Of a stretch of 64,000 nt of DNA, positions 20,264 through 30,566 are shown piece by piece. Every line of letters starts with the position of its first letter. The first letter of the stretch is position 1. The notes beneath the pieces were generated by a model, which saw nothing but the letters and a program-made list of their open reading frames with translations, was not told the origin of the DNA and searched no databases. This DNA comes from a virus (lineage: Duplodnaviria > Caudoviricetes), in the IMG/VR virus record IMGVR_UViG_3300005686_000008; one strand, given 5' to 3'. Made by a program: the position numbers and the translations under genes.

Positions 20264-20486
20264 ACTCCAGTTCTGGGCAAGACGATATGCCGATGGTCGT
20301 ATGACCGTTGCTGTTGATGAAGTTAATAGGCTTACTGAATCTCTTATTCTCAAAGGTATTGAATGCCAACCTGAAACCGTTGGCGAAAGAAAAGGCAGTA
20401 TTTGGGCATTCGATGGAGACCCTCAGTTGTGCGTCACTAAGGGATATATTGAAAAGTATGGATTGGATGGAAAGAAAAAGATCTGA
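20235..20486 (+). CDS. hypothetical protein
   Basis: WARRYADGR motif; ends just before a terminator. Confidence 0.55.
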   Translation: MDDLKKIASELQFWARRYADGRMTVAVDEVNRLTESLILKGIECQPETVGERKGSIWAFDGDPQLCVTKGYIEKYGLDGKKKI

Positions 20487-20493
20487 ACCTCTT

Positions 20494-20520
20494 AGCCCCT
20501 GGAATCAGGGGTTTTCTTTT
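20494..20520 (+). terminator. intrinsic terminator
   Basis: AGCCCCTG-GAAT-CAGGGGTT followed by a T-rich tract. Confidence 0.75.
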
Positions 20521-20617
20521 GTCTTTTTTCCAAATAACTCCCTAACTTGTATTTTGCAAATACGAATAATGTCCTAACGGTTACTCAGGCTAAACTTTCT
20601 GCGGAAAAATGAGAAAT

Positions 20618-21841
20618 ATGAATACTGTAGAGTTCAATTCGAAGATAGAAAAATTCATGCAGTCTAGCATATGGAAAGAAGAGGGTCATCCATTCGTAAT
20701 CAAACATATGCTTTCTGATAATGGTTTGCAGGCTACCTATACTCCTGTTGAGCTTTGCAAGGAAATCATCGCAAAGCTCAGGGAGTTTTGTCCTTTAGGA
20801 GATGCTCAAATTCTTGTTCTTTTCAATCTTGAATTTGTCGATACTCTTATGAGGGTTTTCAAGGTTGACCCGAAGAATATCACGTTCTTTGCTGATTCTG
20901 ACTTAGAAAAAGTTGCAGCAAAAGAATGGTACGGAGTTGATTGTCCTGAACAAATCATCACTTGGAACGCTGAAAACAAGAAGGTTGTCATGCCGAATAT
21001 CAAAAAGCAGTTTGACGTTGTTGTGATGAATCCTCCGTACCAATCTCCTACAGACAACAAAGGATCGGGACATACTCTTTGGGATATTTTTGTCAAAATT
21101 TCAATTGATGAACTTCTTAAGAATTCTGGATATCTTTGTGCCGTTCATCCTTCTGGATGGAGAAGGCCTACGGGAGGATTTGTTCCTCTTGGTGAAAAAA
21201 TAAGAAATAAACAAGTCAATTTCTTATCCATTCATTCTATTCAGGAAGGCATTAAAACTTTTGGAGCAACCACAAGATATGATTGGTATATTTTATGTAA
21301 TAAGAACAATACACAAAAAACAAAAGTAAGAGGCGAAGATGGAATTGTCAGCGATATTGATTTGAAAGAATTACCTTGTGTTCCGAATGGTAATTTTGAT
21401 AGAATTATCAAACTTTTTGCAAAAGAAAATGAAGAACGAGTCAAGGTAATAAATGATCGTTCTGCATATGGAGCAGATAAAGATTGGGTATCTGAAAAAG
21501 AAACTACTAAATTCAAATACCCATGTATTTATTCTTTGCCTCAAAAGGGAATCCAGATTCGTTGGTCTTCAATTAATACCAAAGGCCATTTTGGTATTTC
21601 AAAAGTCATTTTTTCCAATGGAGCTGCTCCTCAATTATTGATTGATAAAAATGGGGAATATGGTCTTACTCAATGGGCATTTGGAATTGTTGATAAACCT
21701 GAAAACTTGCCCAAAATTAAAAAAGCAATGGAAAGTGAAGAGTTTATTTCATTGTGCAAATATATGAGATTTACTCTTGATAGGTACGATCCTAATTTTA
21801 TCGCTTGTCTTCGTAAAGATTTTTGGAAAGAGTTCATTTGA
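20618..21841 (+). CDS. DNA amino-methyltransferase, catalytic NPPY plus target-recognition part
   Basis: YTPVEL, FDVVVMNPPYQ, LWDIFV, VHPSGWR; motif I appears degenerate. Confidence 0.85.
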   Translation: MNTVEFNSKIEKFMQSSIWKEEGHPFVIKHMLSDNGLQATYTPVELCKEIIAKLREFCPLGDAQILVLFNLEFVDTLMRVFKVDPKNITFFADSDLEKVAAKEWYGVDCPEQIITWNAENKKVVMPNIKKQFDVVVMNPPYQSPTDNKGSGHTLWDIFVKISIDELLKNSGYLCAVHPSGWRRPTGGFVPLGEKIRNKQVNFLSIHSIQEGIKTFGATTRYDWYILCNKNNTQKTKVRGEDGIVSDIDLKELPCVPNGNFDRIIKLFAKENEERVKVINDRSAYGADKDWVSEKETTKFKYPCIYSLPQKGIQIRWSSINTKGHFGISKVIFSNGAAPQLLIDKNGEYGLTQWAFGIVDKPENLPKIKKAMESEEFISLCKYMRFTLDRYDPNFIACLRKDFWKEFI

Positions 21842-21877
21842 TTTTAGATCTATACTCCTAAGTCCAAAGCAAAAACT

Positions 21878-22426
21878 ATGACAAAGCCAATAGAACAACG
21901 CAGAGAAGAAAGAGCCAAGCAAACGGCTGAGGTATTCACTCCTCCTCGCCTTGTTAAGCAAATGCTTGATAAACTCCCGAAGGAAGTTTGGAAGAAAGGC
22001 AAAACCTTCTGCGATCCAGCCTGCGGCAATGGCAACTTTCTCGTATCTGTTCTCTGGCGCAAGCTTGAAAGGGGACACAATCCTCTTGCAGCATTGCAAG
22101 CGGTTTATGGCGTTGACATTATGGCGGATAATATCCGCGAATGTCGATTGCGTTTATTGAAGCTTATTTCTGTTTATGATGAAATCACAGAGGATCATGT
22201 TCGAGCAGTGCTTACGAACATAAAACGAGTTAATATCGAGAAGTTCCCCGGCGGCGCGCTTGACTACGACTTTTCCTTTTCTTCAAGCGGACTCAATCAG
22301 AAAGATGTTGACCGCTGGATTAAATGGGTTGAGAATGGCAAGTTGGATGAAGTTGATCTCCCTGTTGAGGAAACGGAATGTCCAACTAAAGATGGTTGCA
22401 TGATGATTGATTTTGGAGGCAAGTAA
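21878..22426 (+). CDS. DNA methyltransferase SAM-binding half
   Basis: AEVFTP (motif X), FCDPACGNGNF (motif I), VYGVDI (motif II); no NPPY. Confidence 0.85.
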   Translation: MTKPIEQRREERAKQTAEVFTPPRLVKQMLDKLPKEVWKKGKTFCDPACGNGNFLVSVLWRKLERGHNPLAALQAVYGVDIMADNIRECRLRLLKLISVYDEITEDHVRAVLTNIKRVNIEKFPGGALDYDFSFSSSGLNQKDVDRWIKWVENGKLDEVDLPVEETECPTKDGCMMIDFGGK

Positions 22427-22427
22427 C

Positions 22428-23054
22428 ATGAATATCAAGTTGACCCATAGTTTCATGTTCCTTTGCATAGACCCTGATAATCTATTGAAGGGCTGCACAA
22501 AGTTTAATACCTTTGCTTCTCGTCTTGAAAAGCAAGCAAAGACCTACGCCTCCCAGTTCAATCCCGACCCCGAAAGCAAGGAATTCAAGAATAACGAAAA
22601 CGTCTATAAAGGGGCAGGTTTTGAGATGTTTTGTGAATGGCTCATCCGGTCCTTCCCTTATGACAAACGCATTGGCATTACTGAGTTCAAGTGCGTTGAT
22701 GGAGAGGAAGATACAGGTGTTGACGGATACGGAATCGGATGGAATGGGAAACCAGCGACCATGCAGGCGAAGTACCGCCAAGCCGATCACGTTCTTACCT
22801 CCAACGGAGATAACATCGACCGCATTGTGACCGCTTCGCAAAACAAGTATGGCGTTGCGGTTGACGAACACGAAAACATGCTTGTTATTACTTGCGGCAA
22901 AGAAGTTAACTGGTTTACCAATGACAAGATGATGTATGGAAAGGTCCGTACTATCAACCGTAAGAAGATTCGTAACCTGGTCGATGGACATTTGCTTTTC
23001 TGGCGCGATTTTCTCGCAACCTGGAAAGAAAGTCTCCCGAAAAAAGCCAACTAA
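22428..23054 (+). CDS. Mrr-like PD-(D/E)XK restriction endonuclease domain protein
   Basis: GAGFEMF...DTGVDGYG...MQAKY pattern. Confidence 0.65.
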   Translation: MNIKLTHSFMFLCIDPDNLLKGCTKFNTFASRLEKQAKTYASQFNPDPESKEFKNNENVYKGAGFEMFCEWLIRSFPYDKRIGITEFKCVDGEEDTGVDGYGIGWNGKPATMQAKYRQADHVLTSNGDNIDRIVTASQNKYGVAVDEHENMLVITCGKEVNWFTNDKMMYGKVRTINRKKIRNLVDGHLLFWRDFLATWKESLPKKAN

Positions 23055-23078
23055 GTTTCCCTTGAAAGGGGAATAGAT

Positions 23079-24860
23079 ATGCCAAAGAATAAGATTCCAG
23101 CAAAGCGTTTCTGGCAAGATGAAGCGTTGACTTCTTTTCAGGGTATCACGTTCAATGGAGGTCCGGGACAGCTCATTCTTCCAACAGGTACAGGAAAGAC
23201 TCGCATTGCCATTAACATAATGGAAACCCATACTAAGGGAGTAGGGCGTCATGGGTTTTATGGGGTCATCGTTCCTCGCCTCTTGCTTTCAACGCAATGG
23301 ATACATGAAATGGCAACCCGTTTCATGGGGAATGATAAAAAGGCAGGACTTGGTATTCCGGTTTCTTTTATCATCGTTAGTACCGGCGGTCTTACGGGAG
23401 AGATTCTTAATCCTATCCGCGCAGCCTTGTATGCCGTTATTGGCGGTGCTGCGGCTGCTGCGGTGGTTGTAACTACAAACGCGGATGAAATTCGTTCGCA
23501 AGTTTCTATGCGGCAAAGAGAGGGAAAGTCTGCAATCATAGCCGTTTCAACGTATGATTCCTCTGCTCGCCTTGCCGAAGCAACAAGGATTCTTTCAGAT
23601 GAGGAATTGAAGGAACGCGAGGAGCAAGGGCGCAAGACTAACAACATTGGTCCGATTGATATTTGTTTCTACGATGAATGTCATTACCTTGTTAATGGTC
23701 GCCTTGAACAATCTACTAAGTTTGAGGCAGCGCTGGATATTAATGTAACTTCTAAGGTCTTTATGACCGCAACCCCTCGCATTACCTGCGATGATTGGGA
23801 ATATGCGCCGGGCATCGAAGCAAAAGGGATGCAAAACCACGAACGTTTTGGAGAAGTTGTTTATTCAAAGACTCCCCTTGAAATGATTGAAGCAGGCGGA
23901 ATTGTTGCGCCAAAAGCTTTTATTGTTGGTTCTAATGAGACTGACAATAGCGAACTAACAGAAGATAGCGGTAAAAACAAGCTCAAGGTTTGCCATGAAG
24001 CCCTCTCGCATCTTCGTAAGACTATCGCTGAAACTTCCTCGGCTCCAGAAAAAGTAGGAGCAAAGATTCTTGTTGTCTGCGATGGACAAGAGACTCTTCG
24101 CCGCATCTTTAACAATGCAAAGGTTTTTGATGCGTTCCGCGCTGCTAATCCAAAACTCAAGATTTTTGGCCTTTGCAGCGATTTTGGGTGCTACATTGAT
24201 GGGGAATTTTTTACCCCTCCTGTTACAAACGCTGTTAAGGATAAGTTACTTCTTGCGCTAAGGAACTTAAAGCCAGAAGATGAAGCAATCATCTTCCATG
24301 TTGACATGATTTCGGAAGGGCTTGATGTTCCTGGCATTAATGCTATTCTTCCGTTCCGTAACTGCGGAACAATCAAGTTTTTACAAAATCTTGGAAGGGC
24401 AACTCGTCTGCATCCAGAAGATGCAATCCGCATCTTTGAGACCGGAGAAATCAAGCCGAACAAGAAGGGGAAGGACTATATCAAACCTAACTGTCTTGTT
24501 TACTTCCCTTATCTCTTTGCTGGTCGTGATGATGTTGTTCCTGAATGTCTTGATATGATTTTTGCCATGATTGAGCATTATGATTTCGACTCAAGCGAAC
24601 TGGTGGAAATCAGTTTCAGCTACCCGGCGCAAATCCCTGATGGGTTTGAAACTCCTGTTAATATGCAGGCTCGGAATTCTCCTCTTGCGCAAGAAATCAA
24701 GAACTTGCATATTGAAGAAGTTGATCACAGGTATGGACTAAGTAAGTATCGCTGGTCGAGATGCTTCTTCAAGACTCTTTTGAATCAACAAAAAATAGAT
24801 GTCACTCGTATTTTAGGAAAACTTCAGGTTACTCCAAATGTCGTTTTTGACAATAAGTGA
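23079..24860 (+). CDS. superfamily 2 helicase (restriction-enzyme Res type)
   Basis: LPTGTGKT, YDECHY, MTATP, ISEGLDVPG, QNLGRATR. Confidence 0.9.
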   Translation: MPKNKIPAKRFWQDEALTSFQGITFNGGPGQLILPTGTGKTRIAINIMETHTKGVGRHGFYGVIVPRLLLSTQWIHEMATRFMGNDKKAGLGIPVSFIIVSTGGLTGEILNPIRAALYAVIGGAAAAAVVVTTNADEIRSQVSMRQREGKSAIIAVSTYDSSARLAEATRILSDEELKEREEQGRKTNNIGPIDICFYDECHYLVNGRLEQSTKFEAALDINVTSKVFMTATPRITCDDWEYAPGIEAKGMQNHERFGEVVYSKTPLEMIEAGGIVAPKAFIVGSNETDNSELTEDSGKNKLKVCHEALSHLRKTIAETSSAPEKVGAKILVVCDGQETLRRIFNNAKVFDAFRAANPKLKIFGLCSDFGCYIDGEFFTPPVTNAVKDKLLLALRNLKPEDEAIIFHVDMISEGLDVPGINAILPFRNCGTIKFLQNLGRATRLHPEDAIRIFETGEIKPNKKGKDYIKPNCLVYFPYLFAGRDDVVPECLDMIFAMIEHYDFDSSELVEISFSYPAQIPDGFETPVNMQARNSPLAQEIKNLHIEEVDHRYGLSKYRWSRCFFKTLLNQQKIDVTRILGKLQVTPNVVFDNK

Positions 24861-24899
24861 AAACGAGCAGGCTAAACTTACCTTTGAGGCTTGAACAGT

Positions 24900-25430
24900 A
24901 TGCAGAAACCCATCTCCATCGCAGAAAAGACAATCTTCTCGTCTAGATGGTTGATGGCTGTCATGTCTCTTGGCCTTTCTATTGGTCTTGCCCTCTATAC
25001 CTTCAAGTTCTGCCAAGAACTCTACCATATGGCTTCTACTATCCAAAGCGCAACTTCGGAAATGACGATGCTTGCTTTGCTCGGACTTGTTGACATTGCA
25101 ATGGTATCTAACCTGGTAGTCATGATTGCTATTGGAGGCTACTCAATCTTTGTACGAGAAATCAATCCGAAGGATATTGAGAATCGCCCTAGATTCATGA
25201 ACCATATCACAGCTTCCGGTCTGAAAGTGAAGATGGGTTCATCCTTGATTGGTGTATCCTCTATCCATCTTCTCAAGCGATTCGTTGAAACAGCAGAACA
25301 CAATGGCTCTGGAACCGATTGGAACCAGATTGGCGCTCTGCTCGCTATTCATGGCATCTTTGTTGTTTCTACAATAGCATTAGCATACATTGATAGGCCT
25401 TATCCATCCAAGGAAGAAAAACATGCGTAA
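24900..25430 (+). CDS. YqhA/UPF0114 membrane protein
   Basis: SRWL, LVDIAMVSNLVVM..GGYSIFV, LKVKMGSSLIGVSSIHLL. Confidence 0.85.
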   Translation: MQKPISIAEKTIFSSRWLMAVMSLGLSIGLALYTFKFCQELYHMASTIQSATSEMTMLALLGLVDIAMVSNLVVMIAIGGYSIFVREINPKDIENRPRFMNHITASGLKVKMGSSLIGVSSIHLLKRFVETAEHNGSGTDWNQIGALLAIHGIFVVSTIALAYIDRPYPSKEEKHA

Positions 25431-25602
25431 CTTGTTTGTTATACTCTTTTGCGGTTTGTTTTTCTTGACAGGATGCGGAGAATGCGCCTGCGGTAAAAAG
25501 AACAAGAAGCAGGAAAAAAAGGAAGAGCAAAAACAAGAAGATGGAGTTATGGAATTCCAGAATAACGGAGAGTTCCCGTCTTTGCCGCCAGGATCTTTTT
25601 AA
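25423..25602 (+). CDS. small lipoprotein-like protein
   Basis: Signal-like N-terminus with lipobox LTGC. Confidence 0.5.
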   Translation: MRNLFVILFCGLFFLTGCGECACGKKNKKQEKKEEQKQEDGVMEFQNNGEFPSLPPGSF

Positions 25603-25611
25603 GAGAAAACA

Positions 25612-25908
25612 ATGTCCAACGAACTTCCTATTACTGGTCAGATTTTCTTTCGGGATACTTATAATCCAGAAGACAAAAATACTGCCGCTCCCAAAGGTAA
25701 AAAACTGATGATGTTCATTGGGATTGTTGCCGTTCCCGAAGATACTGAAATAAAGGGAGAGCATCAATACATTCTCTTTGGTAGAGAAGAAAAGCCGTTA
25801 CAGATGACAGGTCTTACTGTTATCAATCAAACAGGTCAAGACCTTACGAAAGAAGTTGCAGGTTGTGGAATCGGACAAGTTCTGTCCCTTCCTATTTGGA
25901 GAGTTTAA
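25612..25908 (+). CDS. hypothetical protein
   Basis: ORF in a packed operon. Confidence 0.55.
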   Translation: MSNELPITGQIFFRDTYNPEDKNTAAPKGKKLMMFIGIVAVPEDTEIKGEHQYILFGREEKPLQMTGLTVINQTGQDLTKEVAGCGIGQVLSLPIWRV

Positions 25909-25910
25909 TA

Positions 25911-26576
25911 ATGACAAGCCTCTCGTCCCAATCATCCATCGTTCCTTCTGGTCCTGTAGGTATCCCAGTTGAAAACTTCTCTGTTATGGAGACAAGATCA
26001 AAGGTCGCCAGAGGAAGTCATATTGCCATTGTTAATCAGTCATACGAATGGAGCAACCTGGACGGTTCTCCTTCCGTTCCTGAGTATCGCGAATATGTTC
26101 AGCTTCGCAAGATGTCAGCAACCATTCTCCCGATGTGTCCTCGCTCTGGTAAGTTTTTGCTCATTCGTCAGTATAGATACCCCGCTCATTATAATGCGCA
26201 AATGAACGGTAGCAACCAGATGCACGAAGATGCATGGTTGTACGAAACTATTGCCGGTGTTATTGAGCCTGGCGATAGCCCTCTTGATACCGCTGTTCGC
26301 GAGGCTCAGGAAGAGGGAAACATCATTATTGACCCTACCGATGTTCGCGAAATCCATAAGGCAATGATGACCCCCGGCGTTACTAATGAGGAAATGACCT
26401 TCTTCCTCGGTATTGTCGATCAAGTCGGTCCAGATGGTCCTAGCGGCCTTGCTAATGAAGGCGAACGTATCAAGGCTAAGTGGATGACCCAAGATGAAAT
26501 CCGTCAACTGGCGGCTCAAGGTCTTATTAGGGATGCAAAGACTCTTATTTGTCTTTATGCCGCTCGGGTACTGTAA
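25911..26576 (+). CDS. NUDIX hydrolase (ADP-ribose pyrophosphatase-like)
   Basis: LIRQYRYP, Nudix box GVIEPGDSPLDTAVREAQEEG, TPG, EGERI, IRDAKT. Confidence 0.9.
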   Translation: MTSLSSQSSIVPSGPVGIPVENFSVMETRSKVARGSHIAIVNQSYEWSNLDGSPSVPEYREYVQLRKMSATILPMCPRSGKFLLIRQYRYPAHYNAQMNGSNQMHEDAWLYETIAGVIEPGDSPLDTAVREAQEEGNIIIDPTDVREIHKAMMTPGVTNEEMTFFLGIVDQVGPDGPSGLANEGERIKAKWMTQDEIRQLAAQGLIRDAKTLICLYAARVL

Positions 26577-26953
26577 TGACAAACAAACATAAAGAACCAA
26601 CTTGTATTTGCGGATGCTGCTTTCCTTCTCCTCCCGGCTCTTTATGCGGAGGAATGAAAGAAGTAGAATCTAAAGATGATGGCTGGATTATAACCAAACC
26701 AATTCGCAATTGGTGGAAAAGCCGTCTTCGCCGTATTGATTGCGAATGTCTCTTGCCTCAGATTATTGATAAGGCAGATACAGTCTCAAATGCATTCAAG
26801 GCATGGGAAATCCATTGCAAGTCCTCCCCGCATTGGGAAGGACACGATGCGGAAGCAATCGAAAACTTTGGAATGTGCGCTGCTGTTGTTGGTGCATTGA
26901 AGTCAGGTAAGCCAACGATTCTTCACATGAAGATAGATCCAGAAGCGTGCTGA
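26576..26953 (+). CDS. hypothetical protein
   Basis: TAATG coupling; Cys-rich N-terminus. Confidence 0.5.
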   Translation: MTNKHKEPTCICGCCFPSPPGSLCGGMKEVESKDDGWIITKPIRNWWKSRLRRIDCECLLPQIIDKADTVSNAFKAWEIHCKSSPHWEGHDAEAIENFGMCAAVVGALKSGKPTILHMKIDPEAC

Positions 26954-26983
26954 ACTAGCCCAAGACTAAACTAAAGCCGATAC

Positions 26984-27010
26984 AACCCAAGCCCTCGCTT
27001 GGGTTTTTTC
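26984..27010 (+). terminator. intrinsic terminator
   Basis: AACCCAAGC-loop-GCTTGGGTT followed by TTTT. Confidence 0.75.
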
Positions 27011-27085
27011 TTTGCAAAATCTATGCGTGGAAGGTATGGCTATAGTTCAAAATTTGCCGATTAACAAACATAAAGGAGACCAGAA

Positions 27086-27607
27086 ATGGCTGAATCTAAG
27101 AAACAAATAGAGTGGAATGAAAATCTTGAAAAAGTGAAGCAGTTTGCGAGCGCCAACAAGAAGTGGCCCTCCACAACTTCTAAGGATGAAACAGAAAAGA
27201 ACCTTGGACAATGGTGGAGTAGGCAAAAGTACCTGCTTACTAATAATAAAGGCGAAGGTAAGGCAACCCTTTCTGATGAAAGAAAGGCCCTTGTAAGCGG
27301 AACTATTGAACTCTATTCTGAACTAGAAAGAGATGGAATCTGGGACAAGAAGTATGGAGTTATCGCTGATAAGATCAAGGCTGATGGAAAGTTGTGGAAG
27401 TATGCCACAGAAAATGAAGATGAACAGAAGAGCATCCGCTGGTGGAACCAACAGAAAACCTTTGCTCGCAAGTTCAAAGCAAATCCCACCGGGTCGTTCG
27501 GCGGAATGAATCAGCCTCGCTATGATAAGGTTGTCGCTTTGATGAGAGTTATGGGCGATAACATTGATGAGATAGTTGTTGATCAGGCCTCTCCTGTTCA
27601 ACAGTAA
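27086..27607 (+). CDS. helicase-associated (HA) domain protein, two repeats
   Basis: WNENLEKVKQF...WPS...EKNLGQWWSRQK; strong AAGGAG SD. Confidence 0.7.
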   Translation: MAESKKQIEWNENLEKVKQFASANKKWPSTTSKDETEKNLGQWWSRQKYLLTNNKGEGKATLSDERKALVSGTIELYSELERDGIWDKKYGVIADKIKADGKLWKYATENEDEQKSIRWWNQQKTFARKFKANPTGSFGGMNQPRYDKVVALMRVMGDNIDEIVVDQASPVQQ

Positions 27608-27700
27608 AAATGTTTACCAGATTGCTTAGAATGTTGGATATATGGTTCCTTAAAAGTCTGTCTTTTGCAGATAGAAAAAGATGGATGAAGAGGTGGAGAT

Positions 27701-28054
27701 ATGGCAAAAATTACGCGCAACGAAGAAACTAATAAACAAATCACTACAATAGATGACCAACGCCGTAGACTTGGCATTGCTTCGCTTCATGGAAAAATCA
27801 AGTCCTGTATCCACCTTCTTAAGATGGCAGATGCAGTATGCGGAGAGGCGGCAGACTCCTATATTGACCCTGATAAATCAGAAGGCCACCTCTATTCCTG
27901 CCTTGAAGCTATACATACCGCTTTAGCCGAAGTGAAAGACCATGCTAATATCGGATCTGCCCTCTGCGAACAAATTGTAGGAGAGAAAATAGTACCGCCT
28001 CTTACTAACTTTGCTAATCAAATGATTAGATACAACGAAACTCCACAAAACTAG
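27701..28054 (+). CDS. hypothetical protein
   Basis: GGAG SD; helical ORF. Confidence 0.6.
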   Translation: MAKITRNEETNKQITTIDDQRRRLGIASLHGKIKSCIHLLKMADAVCGEAADSYIDPDKSEGHLYSCLEAIHTALAEVKDHANIGSALCEQIVGEKIVPPLTNFANQMIRYNETPQN

Positions 28055-28131
28055 TATCCAGGACTAAACTTTCTTAATGTAACCAGTGGATATAGAAATT
28101 TTGATATTCACTACTCAGTGGAATTCATATT

Positions 28132-28503
28132 ATGGATATTTATAGCAAAGCAATCGAATACTTCAAAGAAAATCCAAATCAAATATTAGAAGTTTGGGAT
28201 GACCCTAAAAGCCATTTCTCTGGCGTTCTGTTCCAGGCAGTAACCCCCGATGGTTCTTGCCAACCTAATAACGAAGGAGATTATTGCGGAGATATCTGCG
28301 AAATACACTCCATCGAAGCGTCCGCATGGACAAGAGAACTAGAACAAGAAATCTTGGATGACTTCCGAATCCCTAAGATATACGCCAGCCACGGTTATAG
28401 ACCTAAAATAACCGTTGATATGCTCGAAATCTTCGCTGAATGGCAAAGAAAAATAGATAAGGTCTTGGGTAGAAATCCAGAAAACTTTGAATATGAACAG
28501 TAA
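28132..28503 (+). CDS. hypothetical protein
   Basis: ORF in a packed array. Confidence 0.6.
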   Translation: MDIYSKAIEYFKENPNQILEVWDDPKSHFSGVLFQAVTPDGSCQPNNEGDYCGDICEIHSIEASAWTRELEQEILDDFRIPKIYASHGYRPKITVDMLEIFAEWQRKIDKVLGRNPENFEYEQ

Positions 28504-29005
28504 TCTCTTCGGAGGATTACCTCTTGGCGAAATTTGCGCCATTACAGGGAAATCAACTTTCGATTTTAGACAAGTAAGACCAGTAGGTAAAGTTATGTCC
28601 GCTTTCAATACATCTTCGCCTCCGTCTCCGCTTGTTCGTAAGTCTGCTTTTTTTGAGGGAGTAGAACTTCCGCCAACATTCAGAATCAGAAAAGAAATGG
28701 CAGCGCCACTTAAGGTTCTCAAAGAACTTTGCGATTACCCTGTTCTTTATATGAACTACAGAGTAATTAACAACGAAGGAGCGATTGCTGTAACAATAAG
28801 CGATAAAAATCCTACAACTGATAATAAGGAAATGACGGCGAAGTATCCCGGAGATGCCATAGTTGTGGACCTATGCTTGTTCAACGATACAAGTGAAAAA
28901 TACATCCATACAATAGACTACTGGGCAAATATGCTTTGCTCCGTCCTCACCTTTAGAGGACATGAAGTATTCCTGAATGGACACCTATATGTCCCTTACG
29001 AATAA
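28493..29005 (+). CDS. hypothetical protein
   Basis: Shares LT.RGHEVF with the next ORF. Confidence 0.6.
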   Translation: MNSNLFGGLPLGEICAITGKSTFDFRQVRPVGKVMSAFNTSSPPSPLVRKSAFFEGVELPPTFRIRKEMAAPLKVLKELCDYPVLYMNYRVINNEGAIAVTISDKNPTTDNKEMTAKYPGDAIVVDLCLFNDTSEKYIHTIDYWANMLCSVLTFRGHEVFLNGHLYVPYE

Positions 29006-29573
29006 TAAACTATTGCCGCCATATAACCCTGACTTCGCGGATAAGTATATAAAAGCTTCTCCAGAAACATTTAGAAAAGAATATATGGGAGACTTTCTAA
29101 CTAGCGGAAGACTAAAAGGCCCAGAAGTGGAATCATTTGACCGCAATGACAAGTCCGTTAAACACTCTCTCCTGGTTGAAGAAATCTTCGACAATGTTAG
29201 TATTTATCTTCATATAACAGTAGACCCCGATGGAGTTGATTCAACCAGACATTCAAGAGTAACAATTTCAAGTATCCCATTTACAGACCCAGAATGGGGA
29301 AATAGACTCCACCACATCTGTCTTGGAAGCGAGTTCCCAAAACTCATGGACGTTCAATCAAATGAAAAGAAGTCTTATGAGTTGCATAGAAAGCTTCTTA
29401 TAGAACTTGCTTATATACTTACTCTTAGAGGTCATGAAGTCTTTACTTGCTTTGTTCGAAATCCTACACCTGATAACACGTTAGAATATACTCATTTCTC
29501 TGAAAAACTAAGAGAAGAAATATCAAATAAGAAAGAAAGGGAAACCATCAATGCTAGTTCTAGCAATACTTAA
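28989..29573 (+). CDS. hypothetical protein
   Basis: Shares LT.RGHEVF with the previous ORF; also FRKEYMGDF. Confidence 0.6.
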   Translation: MSLTNNKLLPPYNPDFADKYIKASPETFRKEYMGDFLTSGRLKGPEVESFDRNDKSVKHSLLVEEIFDNVSIYLHITVDPDGVDSTRHSRVTISSIPFTDPEWGNRLHHICLGSEFPKLMDVQSNEKKSYELHRKLLIELAYILTLRGHEVFTCFVRNPTPDNTLEYTHFSEKLREEISNKKERETINASSSNT

Positions 29574-29781
29574 ACTGATTTTTGGAGGACTACTGTTCCT
29601 TGGCGGTATCGCCATGTATACAACAAATGATTCAACATTCCTCAAGATAGTGGGGGCAATTTTCGGAGTATTCGGACTGGTTCTTATCCTTCCAATGTTC
29701 CTATCGTTTACCTTTTATGCAATCATTGTAGCTCTTATTGTTATTATTGCTTTGAGCGCTATCAAAATGTTTGGTAACTAA
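29551..29781 (+). CDS. small membrane protein
   Basis: Mostly hydrophobic, 76 aa. Confidence 0.55.
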   Translation: MLVLAILKLIFGGLLFLGGIAMYTTNDSTFLKIVGAIFGVFGLVLILPMFLSFTFYAIIVALIVIIALSAIKMFGN

Positions 29782-29783
29782 TC

Positions 29784-30566
29784 ATGTCTTCTTCTAATGG
29801 CGAAATATACCACAACTGTAGAGTTTTGTCTCCTGATGGCATAGAAATGTTTCGCTGCCATAGAAAGAAGTTTAATTGGTATATCAAAAAGGGACTCGCT
29901 GAACTCGTTGAAGGTAGAGAAGACACGATACGCCTCCTCTTCCAGCCTAACGGCCTCGGTTGGGCTGGCGAACATTACTTCCTGCAAGATAGAGATAATA
30001 AGTGCTGCTGCTGCGGAACCTCCCAAAACCTCACAAAACACCACGTTATCCCTTATTCTTATCGAAAGCATCTTCCTATTGAAATCAAAGAATCTAACTA
30101 TTATGATGTACTGCCTCTTTGCGTAGAATGCCATAATAGATATGAAATTTTCGCGAGAGATAAAAAGAAAGAACTCGCAGAACGATATAATGCCCCTATC
30201 CAGGGAATCAATAATTTCACAACCTCAACAGGGCCATGCTTCGCAAAAACATTGTTGCAACATGGAAATGTTATACCTGATGGCCGCAAACAACAAATGC
30301 TCGAATATATCGAGAAAGAATTCGGGAAGAAAAACCTTACACCGAAAGACCTGAAAGAAATAGCAAGCCTAAAAGAAAAAGGTAAACAAAGATCGGATTA
30401 TAAATCGCACGCTGAAATTGTGGTCTCTTCAATAGAATCCTACCAAAAATTCTTCAAAGAGTGGAGAGAACATTTTGTAACGCATATGCAGCCGAAGTGT
30501 CTTCCTAAGTGTTGGGAAATCGAAAGGGATTTACATGGACGAACAAGAAAAAATCAAAAACACTAA
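29784..30566 (+). CDS. HNH-type nuclease resembling the EXD2 C-terminal domain
   Basis: YHNCRVLSPDG...WYIKKGLA...IRLLFQP, CCCCG, KHHVIPYSYR, DVLPLCVECH, WREHF...QPK.LP..W. Confidence 0.75.
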   Translation: MSSSNGEIYHNCRVLSPDGIEMFRCHRKKFNWYIKKGLAELVEGREDTIRLLFQPNGLGWAGEHYFLQDRDNKCCCCGTSQNLTKHHVIPYSYRKHLPIEIKESNYYDVLPLCVECHNRYEIFARDKKKELAERYNAPIQGINNFTTSTGPCFAKTLLQHGNVIPDGRKQQMLEYIEKEFGKKNLTPKDLKEIASLKEKGKQRSDYKSHAEIVVSSIESYQKFFKEWREHFVTHMQPKCLPKCWEIERDLHGRTRKNQKH

